DNA of 42,828 bases from a virus. Taxonomy: Duplodnaviria > Heunggongvirae > Uroviricota > Caudoviricetes. Below, piece after piece: positions 1-8,817 of this stretch. The notes under the pieces are model-generated. The model saw only the letters and a program-made list of their open reading frames with translations. It was not told the origin of the DNA and did not search any database. The position numbers and the translations under genes are program-made. Each line of letters begins with the position of its first letter. The first letter of the stretch is position 1. Location: positions 1 through 42,828 of IMG/VR virus record IMGVR_UViG_2778261419_000003, one strand, 5' to 3'.

Positions 1-1194
1 ATGATCACCGACACAAAGCTCAGGAAGGCGCTCGGCAAGAAAAGAGATGATATCGAGATTATTTCTGATTCGCACGGGCTCAACGCCAGAATCAGCCAGG
101 CCGGAAAAATATCATTTTTCTATCGGTATCGCTGGGCCGGTAAAGCGGTAAAACTCAATGTTGGTGATTATCCTGCAATGAGTATCACCCAGGCAAGAGA
201 GCGTCGCCAACAATTCAGAAACTGGTTAACTGAGGGACTGGATCCGCGAGAGCAGGTGAAGCTGGATAAGCAGACCCGACAGGAAGCGATGTCCGTTGCC
301 GAAGCGTTCAATTACTGGATTGAAAGGCACTGTATCGCTAACGGGCTAGTTAAAGTCGATTACTATCGCCAGGTGTTTGAGAAACATATCGCCGAACCGA
401 TGAAGAATGTCAAAGTCGATAACACAGCGAAAATGCACTGGATCAACGTCTTCGATTCTATAGAAAGCAGGGTGATGGCTCATTACATGCTTTCGCTGTG
501 CAAACGGGCGTTTAGGTTCTGCGTTAACAGAAGTGTGATCGCCTCAAACCCACTCGAGGGATTACTGCCATCTGATGTCGGGCAAAAGCCTAAAAAGAGA
601 ACTCGCAGGATGGACGATGACGATCTGCGCAAAATCTATCAGTGGTTGAAAAGCCATATGTCGATAGAGTCCGTTTTCCTGGTGAAATTTATTATGCTTA
701 CCGGATGCCGTACGGCTGAGATTCGACTTAGTGAGAGATCATGGTTTCGATTGGATGATAATGAGTGGGTCGTGCCTGCGGGCAGTTATAAAACTCGGGT
801 ACATATTAGAAGGGGACTCTCAGACGCCGCCGTTAACCTGGTCAGAAATCACCTCAAGAAAATAAACACCAATCACCTGGTGACTTCACAACGTAAAATT
901 GATGGCGGGATCAAAGATTCGCCCGTTCATTCACCTGTGGCATCCAATTACGCCCGTTCTATTTGGAATGGAACAGGTATGGCAGAGTGGTCGCTTCATG
1001 ATATGAGGCGGACGATAGCCACAAATCTCTCTGAGTTAGGTTGCCCGCCGCACGTAATTGAAAAGCTGCTCGGGCATCAGATGGTGGGGGTTATGGCGCA
1101 TTACAACCTTCATGACTATATCGATGATCAGAAACACTGGCTCCGCGTTTGGCAGAGCCATCTTGAAGAGATCATCGGAGAGCCCTTCAGTTAA
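1..1194 (+). CDS. int: Tyrosine site-specific integrase (P4-type)
   Basis: 397 aa ORF; C-terminal catalytic region with HDMRRT...LLGH...HY motifs typical of tyrosine recombinases; N-terminus resembles P4-family integrases; ORF begins at window position 1 so true start may lie upstream. Confidence 0.85.
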
Positions 1195-1433
1195 TTTATC
1201 TTCTTTTTATCCTCCCACTCTTTGATTGACTCAGAGCGCCAGCGGTTAGGGTTGCCGGGCCAGTCAGGGGGTGGGAACGGGCATACGAAGCCCCGAGGCA
1301 TTGTGTCTGCACTTTGCCATGACCAAAGGGTTTTGCGTGAAATTTTGTAGCGACTGGTCAGGTCTGACGTTACCAAAATATCATCCATAGCTCTCTCCAG
1401 TTGCCCGTTCGGGCCATTCAAAATCTTTTTCAA
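1191..1433 (-). CDS. Excisionase-like small DNA-binding protein (Xis/AlpA-like)
   Basis: 80 aa, convergent with int and overlapping its 3' end; W-rich, proline-containing small basic protein reminiscent of lambda Xis / AlpA; family assignment from memory only. Confidence 0.5.
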
Positions 1434-1672
1434 CCAACCTGCCCGGGCAGGGAGCGGAGACGGCGCATGCCTGTCATCGCCGTGGCCACGTAGCTCGCCT
1501 TGCGGTTCACTACCTCCACCCAGACCTTCACACCTTCAACTCTCACCGTGTACGTTTCCTTCATCTTGCTGCGTCCGTAGTCGCCGTAGCGTTCGTGATG
1601 AGTGGCCAGCGCGATGTCGCATGCCTGACGCGCTATCGGGGATTGCTGATTGCCGCGGTTAATCAGTTTCAT
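1430..1672 (-). CDS. Hypothetical early-left protein
   Basis: 80 aa ORF translationally coupled in the leftward operon; no recognised motif. Confidence 0.3.
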   Translation of the reverse strand: MKLINRGNQQSPIARQACDIALATHHERYGDYGRSKMKETYTVRVEGVKVWVEVVNRKASYVATAMTGMRRLRSLPGQVG

Positions 1673-1863
1673 GCTTCACCGCCATCTGGGTTGGATGATT
1701 GACGGAAAATTGCTCGAGACGGCGACCAATCGCAATATGTATCAGTTTCGGTATGCCCGAAAATTGTCTTACAGCGGCGGATATGGGCGCAGTCGCCGCA
1801 AGTCTTACCCTTCGGGAGTTTCATTTTGTCGGGGTCTGCCGGGTTATAATTCAGCTCAGTCAT
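1669..1863 (-). CDS. Small Cys/His-rich zinc-ribbon-like protein (paralog copy 1)
   Basis: Start ATG at 1861-1863 (MTELNYNPADPDKMKLP...CGDCAHIRRC...YCDWSPSR); about 64 aa; clear paralog of the ORF at 10709..10903. Confidence 0.5.
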   Translation of the reverse strand: MTELNYNPADPDKMKLPKGKTCGDCAHIRRCKTIFGHTETDTYCDWSPSRAIFRQSSNPDGGEA

Positions 1864-2200
1864 TCCAGGCCTCCAGCTCGTTCTGAATTTCCTCGTCGAT
1901 CTCGTCATTGGTGGCGTCTTCGTTTAGATAGTCGCGCGCCTCTTTGAGATACTGTTCTCGGCGTTCGTGGTACCAAGCAGAGAACTCCGGTGACCAGCCG
2001 CGACCATTACCTTGAAAATCAACCAGAGCGTTGTCCTCAGCCATACGCTCAACCATGCAGTCGGCAGTTGTCAGGGCGCATTCCCGGATGTAACCGCGAA
2101 GGTGGTGTTTGCGCCACCAAGGACTTACTTTCGAATCGCAACGTCCTTTGAACTCAATTTCCCAGCGGCGGATGCAGCGTGCGTTTAAAGATTTACTCAT
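1856..2200 (-). CDS. Hypothetical protein with acidic C-terminus
   Basis: 114 aa ORF in leftward operon between recT and the small Zn-ribbon gene; no recognised family. Confidence 0.4.
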   Translation of the reverse strand: MSKSLNARCIRRWEIEFKGRCDSKVSPWWRKHHLRGYIRECALTTADCMVERMAEDNALVDFQGNGRGWSPEFSAWYHERREQYLKEARDYLNEDATNDEIDEEIQNELEAWND

Positions 2201-2234
2201 CTCGTTACCGGGAGGGTTCGCCCTCCCGCCTCCC

Positions 2235-3326
2235 TTAGGCCACGTATTCCGGTTTCATATCCGCCAAGGTGATGCTGAACTGATCGTGCAGTTCGTCGCC
2301 CAGATGACGTTTTGCCGTTGCAAGAACTCGCTCAACTTCCCCAAACCGTTCAGCTGCATCCGGATCATCCGGAGACGGCAGGGAGTTTATCGCGGCTTCA
2401 ACCTTGTTACGTGAATCAACCAGGTAGTAGCGCTTCACTGCCTTATTCTTCAGCTCGGTGAACAGGGCAGATCCGAGCGTGGCCTTCGCGCTTTCGATAT
2501 CAGCACGCAGTGCTTTGGCGCTATCAACATCCTGTGCTGCCTCGATGCGCTCGCGGAAATCATCGGCAAGAGCGTCGATATTTACCGACGATTCGTGTGC
2601 GCTTTGCGTAGTTGTGACGGTGTCACCTGCGATTTCAGCAACGCTCATTCGTTGGGCTGAGCCAGGGTTAATAACTTTTTCTTCTCGTTCTTCGACTTCA
2701 TCGGCACTGTAAACACCAAGAATCACATCAGGGCAGTACAAGCGAGCCCAGCGCTTTACCGCGAGATAAGCGAGCTGCTGACGCGGATCACTTGCCCATA
2801 GTGTCGAATTACGAACCTGAGCCTGAGAAAGCATGAGTACCAGTTCGCGTGGCTCATCCTCGCCTTTCATCGTTGCCCACACACGAATTCCTACACCGGC
2901 CTCATCCTTTAAATCCCAACCGGGCGCGATGTACTTATTGCCTTTAGAACTGGTTCTCTCTACAAATCGACCAATGATGTTTTCCCATGGGCCAAACCAA
3001 TCGTAATGAAGGCGATCTTTTGTAGGCGACATGTTGGTAACAACCGCATTAACCAGTTGAGCTTCGTAACCCAACACTCCGCTATTACCGACGATGTGGG
3101 TCTTCTGAGCTACGGCAAAGGGGTCCATACCCCATCGTGCGGCCTGCATGACCACAGCCATGCAGGCATCTGGTTTTCCGCGGAAGTGGTCAGGTACAAA
3201 AGCGCCACTATTTGCCATCACTGTCGACAAGGTGCGTAGGCGGTCGAAAAGTTCCCCATTAGTCAAAATTGAGATGTTATCGATCATTTGCGTCTTGTTT
3301 TCGTTGGTAGTAATTGCAGTAGACAT
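2235..3326 (-). CDS. recT: RecT/Red-beta family single-strand annealing protein
   Basis: 363 aa; directly downstream of the RecE-like exonuclease in the same operon (Rac recE-recT synteny); SSAP-like conserved core; exact subfamily not verified. Confidence 0.7.
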   Translation of the reverse strand: MSTAITTNENKTQMIDNISILTNGELFDRLRTLSTVMANSGAFVPDHFRGKPDACMAVVMQAARWGMDPFAVAQKTHIVGNSGVLGYEAQLVNAVVTNMSPTKDRLHYDWFGPWENIIGRFVERTSSKGNKYIAPGWDLKDEAGVGIRVWATMKGEDEPRELVLMLSQAQVRNSTLWASDPRQQLAYLAVKRWARLYCPDVILGVYSADEVEEREEKVINPGSAQRMSVAEIAGDTVTTTQSAHESSVNIDALADDFRERIEAAQDVDSAKALRADIESAKATLGSALFTELKNKAVKRYYLVDSRNKVEAAINSLPSPDDPDAAERFGEVERVLATAKRHLGDELHDQFSITLADMKPEYVA

Positions 3327-3338
3327 GTTCTTTTCCCC

Positions 3339-6248
3339 TTATGCCTGAGTACGCAGCGCTTCAAGGCGGCGCAGGTCGAAGTCGTTCAGTTCGTCGGTGT
3401 AATCAGCGGTGATCGGCGCTGGCCATTCGCCAGTGTCAAAGCCGGTAGCGATAGCGCGCATCGCCTTGCGGTACTCGAGCATGCCCAGCTCTAGCAGTTC
3501 AGCGGATGCCTCGATGATGGCGATCCAGTGGTAGTTCTCGTCTTTGTTGACGAAAATCCAGAAGAACTGGTCAAGTGCCGCGGTCTCGCAATACATGGCG
3601 GCGCTCAGGTGATAGTCACGGTCGATGATTTCCCGGTGCAGTTTGGCGCGCAGACCTTCCTGCTTAATGTTCCACATGCTGATGGTTTTAAGGTCGGCAC
3701 CGATGCGTACCCCGTCCAAGTCGATCTCAAGGTCAGGACGCACGCGGACTTCAAGTCCGGTTTCGTCGTCAAAGCCAAAATAGCTCACCTCAACAGCGCG
3801 GCTCGGGTGCTGGAGTAGCATCCCGGCGGTTGGGTGCTGGAGCAGGGCTTTCTGAATGGCCAGTGCGGTGCACAGTTGCTGGCGGGTGACCAGAACTTTT
3901 CCTTGCGGATTCTCACGCCAGGCATCCAGCAATTCGTCGGCGAAGACGGCGTCCGGATTAACAGACTTCACGGCCTGTATCAGGTCTGATTTGGTACCGG
4001 ACACTTTCAGCGGTTGCGGCTTCTGCGCTTCCTGGGCCACCAGGTCAGGATTGATGATTGCCAGCTGCTCGAGTAACGCATCACGGCTACCGCTGGTTTT
4101 CACCTGTGCTGGCAGAGTGGCGTTGTATTCCTTGATGCAGGCTTTCATCGCCGCTGCGGTCTGCTTCTGGTCCGCTTCGATACGCTGATACTCTTCAGGA
4201 AGCGACATATAGCTCTGACCAGTTTCCTCGACTGAACCACCCAGCGGCACCTGTGCTGGCAGAGTGGCGTTGTATTCTTCGAGCAAGGCTTTGATCTCAT
4301 CTGCACTCAGCAGCGCTTGCAGACCTGCGTTGTAATCATCGATAAACGCGCGGATCGTTGCCGTCGTGGTGAATGCGCCTTCCGGAATTACCGGTTCAAC
4401 GCTGAATTCCTCATCGAGCTGCTCTGGCTGCAACGCCAGTGCATGAACCAGGTTACCCATGTCCAGCACCGGAGAACGCTCTTTGGTGATCGTTTTGGCA
4501 ACGTGGCGCGCGTTGAAGTACATCAGGCTAACGCGGGCATCTTTTACCTGCGTGCTGCTGATCCCGTTCGCTGCGTGATAAACCTCGTTCGGCAGACCTT
4601 CATAGCGACCTGGCTCGAAGTAAGCGGGGTAAACAACAGCTGGTTCGTCAGATTGGGCATCTGGCTCGGTTTGTGCCAAAACTGGTTCAGTCTGGTTTAC
4701 AGAATCGCTATTTTGGGCGACAGAATCCGTATTCTGGTTTACATCGGCTTGCTGGCTGGTATCTGATTCTTCACCAGTTTCCATACTGCTTTTGCCTGAC
4801 TGCACTTCAGTACCAGCCTGTTTTTCATCACTGACAGTTTCTTGAACCTGCACATTGCTGGTGGTCTCCGTAGCCTTTTTCGTGCCATGAGTAGCTGAGT
4901 TCTGCAGCAAAGCCGTAACGTCGAATATTCCGTTGCCGACATTTTTAACCAGTTCTTGTTCGACTTTCTGCGGTTGTGCCGCAGCTTCCTCTGCGCGGCG
5001 GCGTGCTCCTTCTTCACGCACGCGTTGCAGGTTCTCTTCGTGAGTGCAGAAGGATTTGCGCGGAGACTCCTTACTTTCAGGTTGGTGAATTTCCTGAGTT
5101 GCTACTTCAGCTTCATGCAACGGCAATAACTCAACCGCAGAGTTGAATTCAGCAGTCATGGTCTGGTTAACAAATTCCAGGTGAGCGACAGGGGTTAGAT
5201 GAATATTTTCCGGCGCGATACGTACCAGGTTAAAAATAGCCGTGCGGTTAACGCCAAGAGCGCCAGGCTGATTGCGCAGAATGCTGCTCCATGATTTCCA
5301 CGGTTCTTCTTTTTTGGTCACGATTTCTTTGGCGCGACGAAGAATGCTGCCTGGGATCTCGAAGTGGTTGAAGTCCATAGGCAGAAGGGCACAGGCAATC
5401 TCTAAATCGAGAGTGTCCAGGGTGTGGTGTGCGTCAGGTCCACGGTCAGTGACGTAACCGCCGTTGGCATTGGTTCCGGAATCAGTACGCTGAACACTAC
5501 TGATGTGATTACCGGCAGCCCATTCACGCGCCAGGATGCCACGGTCAATGTAATCAGTAGCCGCCCACATTCTGGTGAAACGGAGTACCAGCGCGAGTTC
5601 GTGACGCTTGTCCTGGCTGAACACTTTGCGAATGGCATCGGTGTAGCGCCACAGGTCTTTGGTGTCGTAACCCTTCACTTCCGGGCAGTTCTCAGCAGCT
5701 AACAGCAAGTTCTGGACGTAACTGTTATCAGTGTCCATCTCCAGCGCGCCGATAGCTTCGTACTCTTCGCGGGTTACGTGGTGGCGCAGTTCGTCGGCGG
5801 TGAACTGGGAAAGCAGTTGCTTACGAAACGGCATCTGCACTACCGGGTAGAGGGTTGAGTCGTCGTCGTGTTCGTCCAGCGTGATGCCAGCGGTTTCTGG
5901 CAGCGTTGACTCAGTAGTTATGTGACTATCAACGGTCTGAGCCGTTTTCTCGTCAGAGTTTTCAGCTGTGACTTTTGGCAGCCAGGTGCGGTCATCGTTC
6001 TGCAGTTCGTAGCGTTCGCACCAGGTGTAATCCACTGCGCCTTCTTCCGGCAGGTCGTCATATACCGGGAAATCGGTGCGGATTGGTTTGGCATAATCTT
6101 TACCGCGGCCAGTTTCTTCAATTCCGGCTTCTTCCAGTGCCACATCGAGTTGGAGATTGGCGCGCGCTACACTTTTCGCAGTGAACCAAATCACTGCATC
6201 TTTCTTGCCAGACTTCTGACTGGCTTTTATCAGATGGAAAAATTCCAT
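3339..6248 (-). CDS. recE: Exonuclease VIII (RecE-like)
   Basis: N-terminal region matches the E. coli RecE N-terminus as recalled (DLPEEGAVDYTWCERYELQNDDRTW); large acidic/Q-rich linker; conserved C-terminal nuclease domain; start ATG 6246-6248 with AAGAGGA SD chosen over the extended ORF start at 6353. Confidence 0.8.
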   Translation of the reverse strand: MEFFHLIKASQKSGKKDAVIWFTAKSVARANLQLDVALEEAGIEETGRGKDYAKPIRTDFPVYDDLPEEGAVDYTWCERYELQNDDRTWLPKVTAENSDEKTAQTVDSHITTESTLPETAGITLDEHDDDSTLYPVVQMPFRKQLLSQFTADELRHHVTREEYEAIGALEMDTDNSYVQNLLLAAENCPEVKGYDTKDLWRYTDAIRKVFSQDKRHELALVLRFTRMWAATDYIDRGILAREWAAGNHISSVQRTDSGTNANGGYVTDRGPDAHHTLDTLDLEIACALLPMDFNHFEIPGSILRRAKEIVTKKEEPWKSWSSILRNQPGALGVNRTAIFNLVRIAPENIHLTPVAHLEFVNQTMTAEFNSAVELLPLHEAEVATQEIHQPESKESPRKSFCTHEENLQRVREEGARRRAEEAAAQPQKVEQELVKNVGNGIFDVTALLQNSATHGTKKATETTSNVQVQETVSDEKQAGTEVQSGKSSMETGEESDTSQQADVNQNTDSVAQNSDSVNQTEPVLAQTEPDAQSDEPAVVYPAYFEPGRYEGLPNEVYHAANGISSTQVKDARVSLMYFNARHVAKTITKERSPVLDMGNLVHALALQPEQLDEEFSVEPVIPEGAFTTTATIRAFIDDYNAGLQALLSADEIKALLEEYNATLPAQVPLGGSVEETGQSYMSLPEEYQRIEADQKQTAAAMKACIKEYNATLPAQVKTSGSRDALLEQLAIINPDLVAQEAQKPQPLKVSGTKSDLIQAVKSVNPDAVFADELLDAWRENPQGKVLVTRQQLCTALAIQKALLQHPTAGMLLQHPSRAVEVSYFGFDDETGLEVRVRPDLEIDLDGVRIGADLKTISMWNIKQEGLRAKLHREIIDRDYHLSAAMYCETAALDQFFWIFVNKDENYHWIAIIEASAELLELGMLEYRKAMRAIATGFDTGEWPAPITADYTDELNDFDLRRLEALRTQA

Positions 6249-6386
6249 GTGAGATCCTCTTTTTTGAGTGTTAGAATCCCCGGGCCAGAGATAGCGCCCA
6301 TTGGATGTTTTTTGGTTTGGTATAAATTCCGGTGTAACTTTGGTCGGTGGCACCGGACGTGAATCCCGCCTTGCGCGGGTTTTACG

Positions 6387-6548
6387 TTAGCCTTCGTGAG
6401 CCATCTGGTCGTGCGAAGCGCAACGTTTGGAGCAATACTCTTTTTCTTTGCGCGCCAGCTGTGAGCCGTTGCGATAGAGAAGGGTGCTCTTGATTACTTC
6501 CTCCGTTTTAACCGGCTTGCCGCAATATCCGCATTTCTTGTCTAACAT
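6387..6548 (-). CDS. Small zinc-ribbon protein (53 aa; possibly YdaE-like)
   Basis: Not in the ORF track (<60 aa). ATG 6546-6548 preceded by GGAGGA SD; translation MLDKKCGYCGKPV...EYCSKRCASHDQMAHEG has CxxC...CxxxC zinc-ribbon spacing; sits upstream of recE as ydaE does in Rac. Confidence 0.4.
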   Translation of the reverse strand: MLDKKCGYCGKPVKTEEVIKSTLLYRNGSQLARKEKEYCSKRCASHDQMAHEG

Positions 6549-6559
6549 GACATCCTCCG

Positions 6560-6766
6560 CTAGTGGCTGAGTCCATGCCCCAGACCGTTCAGATAAACTT
6601 CAACCAGCAAATCCTTGGTGTAAGTCATTTCTACGCCGCGATGCAGATACAAACGTCCGCGAGCGTTAGCTGATGCCGTCCAGGTTGAGTCTTTGTGTTT
6701 GACGAGCATCCCCGGCTGAACTGCGCCGCGGTTTACTGTCTGTGTACCGTAGTGCTGATGAACCAT
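6560..6766 (-). CDS. Hypothetical small protein (occupies the kil-like position)
   Basis: 68 aa from ATG 6764-6766 with GGAG SD; the longer 116 aa ORF would need a TTG start; function unknown. Confidence 0.35.
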   Translation of the reverse strand: MVHQHYGTQTVNRGAVQPGMLVKHKDSTWTASANARGRLYLHRGVEMTYTKDLLVEVYLNGLGHGLSH

Positions 6767-7018
6767 GATGTTCTCCAGTTTTTCTGAGTGAACTTCGCTG
6801 GTGGTGCCGCGGCGCTGATCTTCACGGTTGAGCGTTTTAACTCTGCAATTCACCACCGCGAAGCTCACTCTGTGCTTTGCCCTTGTCGCCAGGCTGGCGG
6901 AACGTTTCAAACCTACTGCGCGTTAATCTCACCACCTCATTCCGGTCTTCGTATGCCCCGGACGGCTACTTCGTGGGCTCCATGCCTGGGTGGTTCGTGG
7001 TGCGTCTTGGTGAGTTAG

Positions 7019-7082
7019 ATTAAATCACTGGTTTATATATATGTCAACTTAAGGTTGGTGTTAATTGTAAATCTGAGGTTTA
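7019..7082 (-). promoter_or_regulatory. Leftward early promoter (PL-like) with two operator sites (OL)
   Basis: Minus-strand -35 TTGACA (7042-7047), 17-nt spacer, -10 TTTAAT (7019-7024); 15-bp pseudo-palindromic operators TAAATcactgGTTTA (7021-7035) and TAAATctgagGTTTA (7068-7082) match the OR sites. Confidence 0.5.
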
Positions 7083-7121
7083 TGTGGCTGGGTTTTGTGA
7101 CACGTCTGCAGAATCGCAGGC

Positions 7122-7148
7122 AAAAAAAATCCCGACGCGTGGTCGGGA
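7122..7148 (-). terminator. Rho-independent terminator ending the repressor-linked operon
   Basis: Plus-strand A8 run then TCCCGAC-GCGTG-GTCGGGA; on the minus strand a 7-bp GC-rich stem followed by U8. Confidence 0.6.
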
Positions 7149-7221
7149 TGAGAAGGTTCGGGGAAGGCGACAGAGTTAGTAGCTGAGAGCCTTATAACTC
7201 AGGCGTATTGACCAAATCTGA

Positions 7222-7743
7222 CTAAAAGAAGTGCATAAAAGCTTTGTACAGCCCTGTACCAATGGCGATAATCGCAGGGACACCTAAGAGAATCGCCAAT
7301 TTAGCATCAGAGATTTTCTTGTCCACTGTGTCTGATGAGGGCTTTTTGTCTACAGACTCTTTGATACTAGACAGCCTCTCCAAAACTACAGCCATATTTT
7401 TGTCCAGTGAATTCACTGTCGTATCAACTTTTGAAACTGTGTTTTTTATCTCGGCAACATCTTTCTTGATGTGGGCAACTTCAACCTCAAGAATAGCCAA
7501 TCTCTTTTCCATGTCGTCACCTCCATCTTCAGTTGACGTATGAATGATTTCAGTATCATCCATAGCAACTGATGTGACAATCCGTTTTTGTTTATCCGAA
7601 GCGGCAAAACTACAAGCACCCATAAGGAAGGTTGCTTGGCTCGAAGCTACTGATGAAAACTCTAAGCCTACTGTAGCTCCGCTATGGTCTGAATATGCAA
7701 TCAATAACTTCCCTTCACCAAGAGATGATTGAGCCGCATCCAT
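7222..7743 (-). CDS. Coiled-coil protein with single C-terminal transmembrane helix (immunity-region accessory gene B)
   Basis: ATG at 7741-7743, 7 nt after the upstream stop, with GAGGAA SD; about 173 aa; central heptad-like coiled coil; C-terminal hydrophobic segment AILLGVPAIIAIGTGLY; AT-rich by eye. Confidence 0.5.
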   Translation of the reverse strand: MDAAQSSLGEGKLLIAYSDHSGATVGLEFSSVASSQATFLMGACSFAASDKQKRIVTSVAMDDTEIIHTSTEDGGDDMEKRLAILEVEVAHIKKDVAEIKNTVSKVDTTVNSLDKNMAVVLERLSSIKESVDKKPSSDTVDKKISDAKLAILLGVPAIIAIGTGLYKAFMHFF

Positions 7744-7749
7744 CAATTA

Positions 7750-8031
7750 TTATTCCTCAAACATACTTTTTAAGGATTGATAAAAATCATAAGCCTTTTG
7801 TTTGCTTAAAGTCACAGACACAACTTTGGTTCGCTGCATGCCCTTGACGACTATATCCGCATTATCCGTACCGATGATCGGGCTGCTATTCAGGAACACA
7901 AAATTGTAAACTTCGTAACCGGCATTTTGTGTGCCGATTGTTACGACACCGTCAGCATTGGTCTCGATGAAATTTTTCGCTTCGATTACATCATTAAGAT
8001 GCATAAGTTCGACGGTTGTTTCTTTAGACAC
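7750..8031 (-). CDS. Hypothetical soluble protein (immunity-region accessory gene A)
   Basis: 93 aa; GTG start 8029-8031 preceded by GGAGGA SD at 5-nt spacing; tightly coupled to downstream gene B; AT-rich by eye. Confidence 0.45.
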   Translation of the reverse strand: MSKETTVELMHLNDVIEAKNFIETNADGVVTIGTQNAGYEVYNFVFLNSSPIIGTDNADIVVKGMQRTKVVSVTLSKQKAYDFYQSLKSMFEE

Positions 8032-8095
8032 CGAATCCTCCAGAAGATATTAAATCTTGAAATATTTTTATTACATGGAATTAGATACTACTGGT

Positions 8096-8485
8096 TTAGG
8101 TTTGCTCACCTTGCGATCGAATCCGACCCTTCATGTACTTCTCGTACAGCTCATCTAACTCTTTCAGGCGAAGCGCAAAAATGCGGAGCATGTTCTGCTG
8201 CTCTTCTTCCGGTAACTGGCGGTAGAGCTCGAGCAAACGCTGTTCGTCCGGTTTGAGACCGTCTTTCTCCCCAACGTCTTCACCGAGTAGCCAGGCGACA
8301 GAAATACCAACAGCGTCGGCTATGGCCAGTGCCGATTTCTTACTAATCACGCCTTTTTTGAACCAGCCGTTTACGGCCTGAGGGGTGACTCCAGCTATTC
8401 TTGCCATGTCTGCTTTGGTAACGCCGCGATCAGTGATCTCAGTAAGGCGCTCCACCAGAACGAGGTTGGGTTCTTCTTTTCTCAT
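8096..8485 (-). CDS. CI-like prophage repressor (HTH, XRE family)
   Basis: ATG 8483-8485; about 129 aa; N-terminal HTH (TKADMARIAGVTPQAVNGWFKKG); divergent from the cro-like gene across an operator-containing intergenic region. Confidence 0.8.
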   Translation of the reverse strand: MRKEEPNLVLVERLTEITDRGVTKADMARIAGVTPQAVNGWFKKGVISKKSALAIADAVGISVAWLLGEDVGEKDGLKPDEQRLLELYRQLPEEEQQNMLRIFALRLKELDELYEKYMKGRIRSQGEQT

Positions 8486-8587
8486 ATGGTCATTGTAAAT
8501 ATTTGGTTTATGCACGCAATAAATCCAAAGTTTGCATGAAGTATAAATCTGTGGTTTACTTCTGCTATCAATAAGCAGGAGAAGCAC
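8486..8587. promoter_or_regulatory. Divergent PRM/PR-like region with three operator sites (OR)
   Basis: 15-bp sites TAAATatttgGTTTA (8496-8510), TAAATccaaaGTTTG (8520-8534), TAAATctgtgGTTTA (8544-8558), spaced exactly 24 bp; candidate PR -35 TTGCAT (8532-8537) / -10 TTTACT (8555-8560); candidate PRM -10 TACAAT on minus strand (8492-8497) abutting the repressor ATG. Confidence 0.55.
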
Positions 8588-8806
8588 ATGTCCGCACTCG
8601 ATAAAGCAATTAAAGCCGCTGGCTCTGCCAGAAAGCTCAGCATCGCGCTTGGTGTGACGAGTATGTCTGTAAGTCATTGGAAGAATCGTGACCAAGGGAT
8701 CGTCCCGCCAAGCTATATCTTCCCGATTTTCAAAATGACAGGCGTAACCCCCCACGAGCTGCGCCCTGATCTCTATCCAAATCCCACTGACGGATTACCA
8801 AAGTAG
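8588..8806 (+). CDS. Cro-like HTH regulator (YdaS-like)
   Basis: 72 aa; AGGAG SD; HTH segment ARKLSIALGVTSMSVSHWK; divergent from repressor. Confidence 0.75.
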   Translation: MSALDKAIKAAGSARKLSIALGVTSMSVSHWKNRDQGIVPPSYIFPIFKMTGVTPHELRPDLYPNPTDGLPK

Positions 8807-8817
8807 GAGCACTGACA

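Noticed and set aside
3528-6184. Multiple 60-150 aa ORFs on the plus strand inside recE
   Set aside because: They are embedded antisense within a long, well-supported RecE-like coding frame and lack start contexts; treated as chance frames.
6560-6910. Extended 116 aa version of the kil-position gene, with an Arg-rich N-terminus that might suggest an N-like antiterminator
   Set aside because: It requires a TTG start without a convincing ribosome-binding site, and I see no lambda N similarity; the internal ATG at 6766 with GGAG SD is preferred.
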